Positions 9,450 through 18,648 of a stretch of 64,000 nt of DNA are shown here, piece by piece; the first letter of the stretch is position 1; every line of letters begins with the position of its first letter. The stretch is from an uncultured Verrucomicrobiae bacterium. GTDB lineage: Bacteria > Verrucomicrobiota > Verrucomicrobiia > Chthoniobacterales > JAFAMB01. The notes under the pieces were generated by a model. It ran no database searches, was not told the DNA's origin, and saw only the letters and a program-made list of their open reading frames with translations. The translations under genes and the position numbers were made by a program. The stretch is from assembly GCA_963837955.1 (NCBI GenBank), contig CAWIPH010000002.1:4320001-4384000 (forward strand), in the 5' to 3' direction.

Positions 9450-11360
9450 ATGGCCCCCCGAGAACAAGAGCAGCGTACTTTAACACCCGTCTCAGATGAT
9501 CAGGTTCGGGAATATCTGTTCGCCGGAAAAATCTCAGAAATTCCGACGGGATGGATCAAACCGGAAGTGCGGGACTCCTGGCAACGCTGTCTTGATGCGA
9601 AGCTCGATCCTGACTCCTTGCCGGACATTCCTCCAATTTCGACAACGGAACTGCGAGCTTTGAGAGAGCGACACGCGAAACTTACCGAAATTGCAAAAAT
9701 GGAGGTTCGTAATCTTTATTCGCAAATCGCCGGTTCGAACTTCATGGTGGCGTTCGCTACCCGTGACGCGATTATTTTGGAAACCATTGCCGATCCTTCT
9801 TTTCTTCGGTTGGCTCAGAGGAGCAGCATCGTTGCGGGGTCCAGGTGGCAGGAACGACTTCGCGGTACAAACGCGCTGGGGTGCGCATCCTTCACTCAAC
9901 GTCCTTCCGTCGTTCACGCATGGGAGCATTTCTTCAAGGACAACGGTAGATTAACTTGCGTTGCTAGTCCGGTGTTCGACCACGAAGACCGATTGATCGG
10001 AGTCATCGATGCTTCTTCGGATTGCAACTCTCGGCAGGTCCACACCGTTGCTCTCATCCGAATGGCAGCCCTCCATATCGAAGCGGAGACATTTCGCGCC
10101 ACACTGCAGCAGCACTTAATCTTGCAGTTTCACAATCGACAAGAATTCGTTCACACGTTGGAAGCAGGTTTAGTTGCCATCAACTGGGAGGGGCATGTCG
10201 TTGCCGCCAACCGGCAAGCTCGCTTCTTTCTTCAAGATCTACCGATCGCGCCGGGACAGCCTTTCGAAGGAGTTTTTCGGACATCGTTCGATCGTTTCCT
10301 GGCCGAAACGGCGGCGACAGGGTCGGGCCAATTAACAGACCACAGGGGAAGTACGTACAGAGTTATCCTTTCGAGCTTCCCACACTCTCCGGTGACCATA
10401 CGCGGAGCGAATCTTCAAAACGAGAAGAGGCGGCAAAATGGTAGCATCCAACCGGCGTTTATCTGTGAGGATCCGGTCGTACTCGAGGCAATCCGAATCG
10501 TCGAAAGAGCTATCTCATGGCGAGTACCCATCCTCATCCGTGGCGAAACCGGCTGTGGCAAGGAGCTGCTGGCCAGACACGTCCATGCGGTCAGCGGCCG
10601 CACCGGAAAGTTCGTCGCTGTAAACTGTACTGCTCTTCCAGAGACTCTAGTGGAATCCGAGTTTTTTGGCTATCAAGATGGAGCTTTTACCGGTGGCCGG
10701 CGCGGCGGAGCTCGTGGACTGATCCGTGACGCTGACCAGGGGACGCTCTTTCTCGACGAAATCGGTGACATGCCGGTTAGTCTCCAGGCAAGACTCTTAC
10801 GTTTTCTCGATCAGGGGACAGTTCGCGCCATTGGGTCTTCAACCGAGGAGAAGGTGGACGTCCAGCTCGTTGCAGCAACCAACAGCAACATTGAAGAAGC
10901 CGTGGAAGAAAAACGGTTCCGATCCGATCTTCTCTATCGGATTCGTGGAGTTGAAGTCACGTTACCGCCACTGCACGAGCGTTGCGACTTCCCTCTGATT
11001 GCCCGGACACTTCTGAAGACTCTCGCCCCGGAATGCGTACTTTCGGAAGAAGCCATTGGGCTCCTGAAGCAGCAGCGATGGCCGGGCAACTTCCGGGAAC
11101 TTAAGCATTCGCTGGTTAGAATGCTGATTGTTGCAAATTCATCTCGGTTGCTCCCATCGCACATTCTGTCCGTACTAGGCGCGATGGCTACCGGACCACG
11201 TGAAGATCAGCTACGGAAGCCAGACCTGAAAGAGAACCGAGCCAGAGTGATCCTGGAAACCTACCGTCGATGCGATGGCAACGTAGTACATACTGCAAGA
11301 GAACTCGCGGTGTCGCGAAATACCGTCTATCGCCAACTGCGTAGGTCGGGGCTGCGCTAG
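9450..11360 (+). CDS. Sigma54-dependent Fis-family activator with GAF domain (AcoR-like)
   Basis: N-terminal GAF region (SWQRC, GTNALG), AAA+ motifs GETGCGKE, GAFTG, LFLDEIGDM and WPGNFREL, and a C-terminal HTH ARELAVSRNTVYR. Start placed at ATG 9450 (the track uses GTG 9366). Confidence 0.93.
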   Translation: MAPREQEQRTLTPVSDDQVREYLFAGKISEIPTGWIKPEVRDSWQRCLDAKLDPDSLPDIPPISTTELRALRERHAKLTEIAKMEVRNLYSQIAGSNFMVAFATRDAIILETIADPSFLRLAQRSSIVAGSRWQERLRGTNALGCASFTQRPSVVHAWEHFFKDNGRLTCVASPVFDHEDRLIGVIDASSDCNSRQVHTVALIRMAALHIEAETFRATLQQHLILQFHNRQEFVHTLEAGLVAINWEGHVVAANRQARFFLQDLPIAPGQPFEGVFRTSFDRFLAETAATGSGQLTDHRGSTYRVILSSFPHSPVTIRGANLQNEKRRQNGSIQPAFICEDPVVLEAIRIVERAISWRVPILIRGETGCGKELLARHVHAVSGRTGKFVAVNCTALPETLVESEFFGYQDGAFTGGRRGGARGLIRDADQGTLFLDEIGDMPVSLQARLLRFLDQGTVRAIGSSTEEKVDVQLVAATNSNIEEAVEEKRFRSDLLYRIRGVEVTLPPLHERCDFPLIARTLLKTLAPECVLSEEAIGLLKQQRWPGNFRELKHSLVRMLIVANSSRLLPSHILSVLGAMATGPREDQLRKPDLKENRARVILETYRRCDGNVVHTARELAVSRNTVYRQLRRSGLR

Positions 11361-11429
11361 CAGCCCGTCCGACGGAGAGATCGAGCGGCGCCAAATTCTA
11401 AATTCTCGATTCTAGATCCCGCCCCATAA

Positions 11430-12569
11430 CTACTTCGGAAGATCAGCCGAGTACTCTTCCCAGTTTTTCACAATGTCGGAGACTACCTTATTCCCAACCC
11501 GGAATGCTGCTTCGAGACTAGGCAGAAACCCTCCCAAGTGTTCGGGGCTATCTTTTGCCGCCAGGCTTTGGGCTGGGGTCTCTCCCGGTGGCGGCTGGTC
11601 GAAATCGCTCGCGGTGCGGAGAACCAGTACACGATTAAGATCGATTTTTTTGGCATTCGCCAAATTGGTGAGAGCCCGCATAATCCCAGAGTCCTCACAG
11701 GCAGTAGTATAATACTGGCTCGCTCCTCCACTCCAGTATCGGACCCAATCCTCTGCCCATTTGCTCATCATCGCTCCTTCCCAGAAGCGGCTGGTGGAAA
11801 GAGTCGCTCCTTTCATGACCTTCGGAGGCTCCTGCGCTTTGGGAAATCCGGTGTAAGCGTCGCGCATTTTTTTCATCTGCGGAGTGTCATCCAAAGAGAC
11901 GTCTTGGGTGTCGCGCACCGCCCAATCGACCAAAGCCGGATTTAGTTGGTACAACTGCTGCATGTCAGTCGGCCGCGGTTCCTCGTACGGCTTTGTTCGC
12001 TCCCACGGGATCACTCCGGTCGACCAGCTAGCTGGAATTTCGCGACCGTCAATTTCATACGCGACATCTCCATCTACGACACAATCCGCCCATACGGCGC
12101 TGCCGAGACTGCCTCGGCTCGGATCGATCCCCGCGATTCCAGCCACGATCCAATACGCTTTGGAGAGATCAAAACGCGGATCCGTACCCAATGCCATCAC
12201 GGAACTCGCCGCATTCGCTGTTGCCATCCCCGTCACAATGGCGATCACACCGGTGCCGTCTGTTCTGACATTATGATAAGCATTGGCTAGCGGGATCACG
12301 GTGTTCATTTTTCGCCGCTCGACCCAGAATTGAAATTCACCCGGCGTGTCACCGGTATCGGCGCCGATCTCGAAAGTCGTAAGGACTACAACCTTTACCT
12401 TCAGTGGGTGATCGGGAGTGGGCAGGTTGCCGGATGGATCATCAGCTTTGCTGACTGACGCTAAGAAGCAGACTGCTAGCGGTAACACCAATAACCTCAA
12501 CGGAGGCATCGATATTTGAGCGAGCCATTGACTAGCTGGGCACGATTTCGGGTTCTTTCGGGCAGACAT
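11430..12569 (-). CDS. Purine nucleoside permease (NUP) family protein, signal peptide-bearing
   Basis: Motifs FEIG.DTGD.PGEFQFWVER, DPRFDLSKAYW.VAGIAG.DP and RVLVLRTASDFD.PP. Confidence 0.85.
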   Translation of the reverse strand: MSARKNPKSCPASQWLAQISMPPLRLLVLPLAVCFLASVSKADDPSGNLPTPDHPLKVKVVVLTTFEIGADTGDTPGEFQFWVERRKMNTVIPLANAYHNVRTDGTGVIAIVTGMATANAASSVMALGTDPRFDLSKAYWIVAGIAGIDPSRGSLGSAVWADCVVDGDVAYEIDGREIPASWSTGVIPWERTKPYEEPRPTDMQQLYQLNPALVDWAVRDTQDVSLDDTPQMKKMRDAYTGFPKAQEPPKVMKGATLSTSRFWEGAMMSKWAEDWVRYWSGGASQYYTTACEDSGIMRALTNLANAKKIDLNRVLVLRTASDFDQPPPGETPAQSLAAKDSPEHLGGFLPSLEAAFRVGNKVVSDIVKNWEEYSADLPK

Positions 12570-12668
12570 GGTGGGGCTTGAGTTTGATTATGCGAGACTG
12601 GTTCCGAGCAAAATCGATACCAACTCGGACGTAACGACAAGGTCTCGGCGAATTAGGTAACGGTTGTC

Positions 12669-14333
12669 CTATCTTTCCGGGGTCCGCAGGTCAGAGACTT
12701 TTGGAGTCGACGCCGGTTTCAACCGGGACGTCGCCGATTCGTCGAGTATCCAGTGCTGAATGCCAAGGTAGCGCTTCGGACTAGGTGATTCTTTTCCAAT
12801 ATGCAGCGTCCAAAGTTCCGACCACAGAGCGTGTTCATCTCGAGTAATACGTAGACGAAGCCGCTCATTCGCAGCCCAGGAGCTGACAATGGCGTATAGG
12901 CGAAATCGATTCGGATTTTGCATGTCCTGGTCCAGCCGAGCGCTAACCGCTCCATTACGGAGAAATACCAGTCTTACTTCTCTCATGAGTCGAAAGAATC
13001 GAACCTGGTTTTCCGGTGCTACCTCAATCTCGATGGCGGTCGTGATTGGTCCATCATCGGACTCAGGTACGTAAGGATCGTCGCCCTCGTCCGGCAGCGG
13101 ATCAGGATCCAGGTTCACCCCCGCGGAGAAATCGATCGACCATCGCTTCGCTGTGAGTGCGCTGGCGATTCCCAGGGCGGCCGCCGACAACAAGGCCCAC
13201 TCCAGACCGAACGCAGTTGCGAGCCCTCCCCACACTAGGCCAGCTAGCGAGATCCCGCCCTGCGACACCATCATATGGGTGGCATTCAGCCGGCCTCGAA
13301 TCCAATCCGGGATGACTCGTTGACCCGCTACCCAGAGCTCTGAGGCAGAGACTGTCCAAGCGGCTCCGGCCAGTGCGGCAACAATAAGAAAAGTCTGGGG
13401 ATGGCGCACCGCGGCCATTAACGCGTAACTCAAGGCAAGGACGATACCGGCGAGCATCGTCATTTGGTTTGGCTTCAGCTTCTTCCTGGCAGGCTCAAGT
13501 ATTAGAACGGCGCCAGCCAACGAGCCAAGTCCCATACAGGTAAACGCGAGTCCAAGGTAGATTGGGTCAAGGTGCAGAGCCTTTAAACCGACCACCGGTA
13601 GCAATGCTGGGATTGCTCCGACTAACACGCCAAAGATGAGATTTCGCAGCAGAATGATTCGAACACCCGGCGCATACCGCATGTATCGCAACGCGCCGGA
13701 CAGTGAATCGAAAAAGCCCTCCAGCGGCGCATTAGTTGCGACGCTTCTGCGTTTCCAATTGATCACCGCAAACAGAACCAGAACAAAGGCTAACGCGTTT
13801 AGGGCAAACACGGCGCTCACACCAACCAGCGGAATCAGAAGACCGCCAATCGCCGGACCGATGATACCGGCCAGGTTCATCTGAATTCCGCCGAGCGCGA
13901 TGGCCGATGGAAGTTGCTCCTTGCCGACGATCTCGGGTATCGAGGCTGAGGCCACTGGCGCCTGAAACGCAAAACCGGTGCCCAACAAAAAGACTCCCGC
14001 GAGGATGATCTCGGGAGTTAGTCTGTTTAAAAAGGCGAACAGTGCGAGCAGACCAGCGCTACCAGCCAGCCAGCAGTTAAAGACGCGCATTAGCTGTCGA
14101 CGATCGACCAGATCGGCTAGCGCCCCGGCCGGCAGTGTAAATAGAAAAAAAGGGAGTGTCCCGGCGGAAGACATCAATGAAAGCCAAAGAGCCGGTGCCC
14201 CGAGTGAATTCATCGCCCAGGTCGCGGCCATTTCGTGCGCAGAGACGCAGCAACCGGACGCTACCAGAGCCGACCAGAAGCGAAGATAGACCGGATTGCG
14301 GAGGGAAGACCAGATCGAGGCCTCAGCCGTCAC
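12669..14333 (-). CDS. MFS transporter with C-terminal soluble domain (MFS_3/transmembrane secretion effector type)
   Basis: About 12 TM segments, LPAGALADLVDRR and PDWIRGR, plus a C-terminal ABM-like tail (GP....IE...RNGA). Confidence 0.85.
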   Translation of the reverse strand: MTAEASIWSSLRNPVYLRFWSALVASGCCVSAHEMAATWAMNSLGAPALWLSLMSSAGTLPFFLFTLPAGALADLVDRRQLMRVFNCWLAGSAGLLALFAFLNRLTPEIILAGVFLLGTGFAFQAPVASASIPEIVGKEQLPSAIALGGIQMNLAGIIGPAIGGLLIPLVGVSAVFALNALAFVLVLFAVINWKRRSVATNAPLEGFFDSLSGALRYMRYAPGVRIILLRNLIFGVLVGAIPALLPVVGLKALHLDPIYLGLAFTCMGLGSLAGAVLILEPARKKLKPNQMTMLAGIVLALSYALMAAVRHPQTFLIVAALAGAAWTVSASELWVAGQRVIPDWIRGRLNATHMMVSQGGISLAGLVWGGLATAFGLEWALLSAAALGIASALTAKRWSIDFSAGVNLDPDPLPDEGDDPYVPESDDGPITTAIEIEVAPENQVRFFRLMREVRLVFLRNGAVSARLDQDMQNPNRFRLYAIVSSWAANERLRLRITRDEHALWSELWTLHIGKESPSPKRYLGIQHWILDESATSRLKPASTPKVSDLRTPER

Positions 14334-14346
14334 GCTGTGATATTAT

Positions 14347-14659
14347 TCATTCTCGCCCAAGGCTCGAATGAAATTGCAGATAGCAAATAGCAGATAGCAA
14401 AATTCTGCGTATGGGTGCTGGGTCGAAAGTGAGCGCTCGCGAACCGTCACTAGAGCGGAAGCCGCTAGGATCCGACTACAAGTAGGTCGGATTACGTAAA
14501 GAAGACCGGATGGAGGCGTCTGGGTCACGATTCGATACTTTTCTTTGCCCTACAAATTTCCCCGGCACACCGAGGATTTCGCGAGCGACCGACAGAATTT
14601 GCTATCTGTTATCTGCTATCTGCAATCTGCAATCTCATTCGAGCCTCGGGCGAGAATGA
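14347..14659. repeat. MITE/REPIN-like element with ~61/67-bp imperfect terminal inverted repeats containing 7-bp tandem units
   Basis: Left arm 14347-14407 (TCATTCTCGCCCAAGGCTCGAATGAAATTGCAGATAGCAAATAGCAGATAGCAAAATTCTG) is the reverse complement of right arm 14593-14659, apart from a few substitutions and one extra heptamer. Confidence 0.88.
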
Positions 14660-14661
14660 CG

Positions 14662-16086
14662 CTAGACCCGTTGCAGTTTCCAATGGCCGCGCCGAAAGAG
14701 AAAGACACTTCCTATTGCCAGCATCGAAAAAGCAATCGGAATGGCGACAAAGACACCAGTTGCGCCGGCGCCAAAGTGATTGGCCAGAAGCCAAGCAAGA
14801 GGGATCTCGAATAGCCAGAAACAGCACAAATTGAGTAGTGTGGGAGTCCAGGTATCACCTGCACCGTTGAAAGCCGAAGTTAGACAAATCCCAGCGGCAT
14901 AGAATGGAAAGCCCAGCCCAATAATCCAAAGCGCCTGAGTGCCGTACGCCATCGTTGCCGAATCACCCGTGAATAAGCGAGCGATTGGCCCCGCAAATAC
15001 GATGAAAAGCAAACCGATCGCGCTCAGGAAGAAAACGTTGTAGCGGACCGCAATCCAGGCGGCTGATTCGGCTCTGTCTGGTTTTGCCGCTCCGAGGTTC
15101 TGGCCGACCAGGGTTGCACCCGCGTTCGACAATCCCCAGGCCGGCAGGATAGCGAAGATAACAACCCGAATCGCAATGGTGTAGCCGGCTAGCGCAGCAC
15201 TGCCCGATTGCGAAAGAATTTTGACGAGCCCGATCCAGCTGGCCGTGTTAACCAGGTTTTGCATTGTCCCATTCGCCGCGAGTTTTAACATCTGAAGTGC
15301 CGGCCCTAGCTCGAAGTGCAGGTGTCGCATTTGAATACGGACACGGCTCGTGCGCGCGGTCAGGTAATGGAGCTGAAACAACACGCCGCAACCCCGGCCA
15401 ATGTTCGTAGCAACTGCGGCTCCGGTTACCCCCAGTGCGGGGAACGGGCCGAGACCAAAGACGAGACAGGGGCCAAGCAAAATATTGATCGCGTTAGCCA
15501 ACCAGAGCGTCCGCATGGCTATCGCCGCATCACCAGCTCCACGGAAAATAGCGTTGATCACAAAGATCAATAGAACCGTGGCATTTCCACCGAGCATGAT
15601 TCTGGAAAAATTGCCGCCCATGCTGACGACGTGTTCGTTCCCTCCCATGCCGCGCAGAATGTCCGATCCAAAGGAGCCTCCAAGTAGTCCAAATGTGGCG
15701 GACACAAATAAACCTAGTAGAATTACCTGGAACGCTGAGGTTGCCGCACGATCGGGATCTTTTTCACCGATACGGCGCGCCACGGTTGCAGTGCCCGCCA
15801 TAGATAACCCGATGGCGACAGCATAAATAACTGTCATGATCGATTCGGTGATTCCCACCACCGCAACTGCGTCACTCCCGAGATGCGAAACCCAGAAGAC
15901 GTCTGCCAACGCAAAGATGGATTCCATCACCATTTCGAGCACCATCGGAATTGCCAAAAGGAGAACAGCTCGATTGAGCGTCTCCGTTGTGTAATCCCGG
16001 TGTTCGCCTCGAATCGCCGCGATCACCACTTGCCAAAACGAAAGCGGTGAGCTTTCGGTGGTTTCATCTAATGATGGAAGCGCCAT
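14662..16086 (-). CDS. MATE family efflux transporter
   Basis: Motifs LAIPMVLEMVMES, VARRIGEKD, IFRGAGD, LVGQNLGA and AFNGAGDT; about 12 TM segments. Confidence 0.92.
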   Translation of the reverse strand: MALPSLDETTESSPLSFWQVVIAAIRGEHRDYTTETLNRAVLLLAIPMVLEMVMESIFALADVFWVSHLGSDAVAVVGITESIMTVIYAVAIGLSMAGTATVARRIGEKDPDRAATSAFQVILLGLFVSATFGLLGGSFGSDILRGMGGNEHVVSMGGNFSRIMLGGNATVLLIFVINAIFRGAGDAAIAMRTLWLANAINILLGPCLVFGLGPFPALGVTGAAVATNIGRGCGVLFQLHYLTARTSRVRIQMRHLHFELGPALQMLKLAANGTMQNLVNTASWIGLVKILSQSGSAALAGYTIAIRVVIFAILPAWGLSNAGATLVGQNLGAAKPDRAESAAWIAVRYNVFFLSAIGLLFIVFAGPIARLFTGDSATMAYGTQALWIIGLGFPFYAAGICLTSAFNGAGDTWTPTLLNLCCFWLFEIPLAWLLANHFGAGATGVFVAIPIAFSMLAIGSVFLFRRGHWKLQRV

Positions 16087-16569
16087 AGGTTGGCGACACT
16101 AACGACCCCGGCAGGAAGCGTCAAATGATGGGGTAGAGTGATTATCGCGCCCTTGGTAATGCTCCGGACGCTGTGCGGTCGATCATGGTTCCGCCTGAAC
16201 AACCGCATCCGTCGCACCTCATCCCAGGAACTTGTCGAACTGGCGCACCGATGCTCTGATTTAATGAAGGCTCGGGTTGCGAGTTTGGTTCCGTCCGCTC
16301 GTATGAGCCGCTGGTTCATCGATGGTCCTTCCGGTGAATCATAGTTGTTCCAAGTGTTTACTTTCGCAGCTATGACGAACAGACCGGCGCGCTGAGGACA
16401 CCCCGCACAGCAATTTCCAATGGAAATCTTGGCGCGCCTTAGCGTCTTGGCGTGAGTTCCTTTTGGGAGCGCCTTACCGCAAATGTCGATCCAACGCTCG
16501 GTATTGCACCGCCTCCGAGAGATGGTCTACATTGATGCGTTTCGCTCCCGCCAAGTCGGCGATCGCCCC

Positions 16570-16651
16570 ACCTCGTATTCCAAGTTGCCGGCGATCCAGC
16601 CTTGATTCGGTCGAGTGACTACCGTCTGTCAAGATTTGTTGACTGACCCCT
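16570..16651. mobile_element. Relic end of the RAYT-like element (third copy of the terminal motif plus a short decayed transposase-like stretch)
   Basis: TCTGTCAAGATTTGTTGACTGACCCC (16625-16650) has one mismatch to the reverse complement of 18654-18679. The adjacent GCGATCCAGCCTTGAT resembles transposase sequence GCGATCCAGCTTTGAT near 18785. Confidence 0.65.
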
Positions 16652-16765
16652 ATTGCTCCCGACTCTTTCTCAGTCGCCGCGCGCCGAAGTGTCTAATCAA
16701 GACACGTCCTTAAACCCTCGAACACTTTCCCTCGCCGATTCGCGTCGCTGAAGACACCCTCTGGA

Positions 16766-18055
16766 TTATGCCTCAGAAGCGGCCTCAGAGATAGGGTTGT
16801 GAGTGAGTCCAAAGGCCTCCTCCAGCAGGTCCGCGGCTACGGAAAGCCCGTTCTTCTTGGCGATAGCCTTCTGGATCGAGCACGAATTATCGCGATAGAT
16901 AGGGTTGTTAAACACCTCATCCAGAAGCGCCGACAAATTCGACGCATCTAAACCCTCTAACGAAGTCGTTTTGCCGGTCTTTTTGCCAGCGATTCTTGCA
17001 GCGATGCCTGGCTGCTCGTTGGTTACCGGAATAGCGATTTGAGGAACCCCTTGAGTCAGGGCTTCAAGCACGGTGTTAAATCCCGAGTGGGTGATGCACA
17101 CCGATGCCTTTTTCAGCAGCTCCAGTTGGGGCGCGCTGTTAACCACAATCGCATTTTTCGGCACAGGACCGATCTGCTCCGGCCGGAGTACATGGCCAAT
17201 GGAAAGTACTAGTTGCGCGTCCTTCTTTGCGACCGCTGCCGCGATAGTCCGAAATACATCCGCGTTCCCATTCTGAATTGTTCCCATCGAGGCATAAACG
17301 ATCGGTTCTCCGGTCAATCTGTCCCACGGAAAATTGATCTCTGGCCGGCCTTTTCCGTCATGGAACGGACCGGCGTAATGGAACTGCTTTGGCGGATGAG
17401 AACTTTCAAAATCGAATTCGCGAGGACATTGCGTGATCCATGGAAGATCGGAGAACAGAGAGGATGGGTCTTCCCAGTTGGGTTTGATTCCGGCACCCTC
17501 GGCCTCCGCTATCAATTCTGCGTTGCTGCGAATCAGCATCTGCGCAAATTTCGCGACGCCCTGGCGGTTTCTTTCTCGAGCTTCGAGCGTATTCTCGTGG
17601 CCCCACCCATAAACGCCGAGCGGTGTATGCCCGGAAAAATCGAAGTGCAAGGCGCTTGATAGAATCGCGTACGGCATTCCAAGATACATCGGCACTACTT
17701 CGCTGTAGAAATCGCAATCATCTAAGATCAGAGCATCAATGCCGTTGGCAGACAGCAGCTTCGGAAATGTTCTCCACTTCAGATTCGTTATCTGCGCAAT
17801 CGAGTCGATAGTGAATTGCAAGCCTTCCTCCCCTTTTAGCTTGCTCAATGTGCCGAGTACCTCAGCGACTTTATCAGTCGGAAACTCCTTCTCGCCATAA
17901 GGGATGAACGGCAGATTGGCAGCTCGGGCGAGCGGCTCGCACCCTGGCAGAGAAACCATCACGACGTCATGGTTGCGTGACTGAAGCCGACGAGCCAATG
18001 CGCTCATTGGATTGAAGTGACCGGGAATAGCGATACTGATAAAGCCGATTTTCAT
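16766..18055 (-). CDS. GT1 family glycosyltransferase (MGT/CrtX-like UDP-glycosyltransferase)
   Basis: Motifs PGHFNPM..LA..L..R.HDV, VYASMGT and the PSPG-like APQLELLKKASVCITHSGFNTVLEAL..GVP...IP...EQP. Confidence 0.9.
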   Translation of the reverse strand: MKIGFISIAIPGHFNPMSALARRLQSRNHDVVMVSLPGCEPLARAANLPFIPYGEKEFPTDKVAEVLGTLSKLKGEEGLQFTIDSIAQITNLKWRTFPKLLSANGIDALILDDCDFYSEVVPMYLGMPYAILSSALHFDFSGHTPLGVYGWGHENTLEARERNRQGVAKFAQMLIRSNAELIAEAEGAGIKPNWEDPSSLFSDLPWITQCPREFDFESSHPPKQFHYAGPFHDGKGRPEINFPWDRLTGEPIVYASMGTIQNGNADVFRTIAAAVAKKDAQLVLSIGHVLRPEQIGPVPKNAIVVNSAPQLELLKKASVCITHSGFNTVLEALTQGVPQIAIPVTNEQPGIAARIAGKKTGKTTSLEGLDASNLSALLDEVFNNPIYRDNSCSIQKAIAKKNGLSVAADLLEEAFGLTHNPISEAASEA

Positions 18056-18221
18056 AAAGCATTTGAACGCCTCCTCAAACCGCTGAGGAAGTGACGCTTA
18101 GTGGTATCAAACGCTAACATATTGGACGTTGGCCGATTTTTGTCTCATCTGCCGTAATGCTTGTCCGGGTTGCGGATTGCCCTTCCTTCGCGGAGCAGAC
18201 TTTCATGCGCAGGAGCCTTCG

Positions 18222-18268
18222 GAAATTCCGGGAGCTCATCCGGAAAAAGAACACCATTGTGCGCCAGG
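18222..18268 (-). repeat. 47-bp direct repeat of an internal comM segment (Walker B region)
   Basis: 46/47 identical to 20463-20509, which encodes [15 protein letters not shown]. Confidence 0.92.
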
Positions 18269-18347
18269 ACTTCCTGGCCTATGACGGAAACAGAACAGGT
18301 AACGCGAAAGAGATTATGGCTCGCACCTACAACCGGCTCTGAATTCC

Positions 18348-18584
18348 ATGAACGAGACTGACTTGATCAATCTAAAACATGACGTAGACCGACACGAAGA
18401 GGCGGTAATCGAAGATGCAAACGCAATCGTGTCATTAAAGGCTGATTTGAAGGAGCTACTGAAACTTGTGCAACTTCTTGACGCTTCGACACAAAAACTT
18501 ACTTTCGGGACCGAGCAGGAAAAAACGTTCAAGGACTTCCGCGGTCGGCTACAAGCGATGCTTCAGAAACATGGCTTAGAGTAG
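18348..18584 (+). CDS. Hypothetical small coiled-coil protein
   Basis: 78-aa ATG ORF with protein-like amphipathic composition; no family recognised. Confidence 0.55.
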   Translation: MNETDLINLKHDVDRHEEAVIEDANAIVSLKADLKELLKLVQLLDASTQKLTFGTEQEKTFKDFRGRLQAMLQKHGLE

Positions 18585-18648
18585 ACTCCTTCGGTTTTTC
18601 ACTGATCATCCAAACCAGAATACGGACTGATTCTTCCCCTCCCAGCTT

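Noticed and set aside
11394..11417. Short heptamer tandem AATTCTA-AATTCTC-GATTCTA between convergent genes
   Set aside because: Only three degenerate units with no inverted partner, too weak to call as an element.
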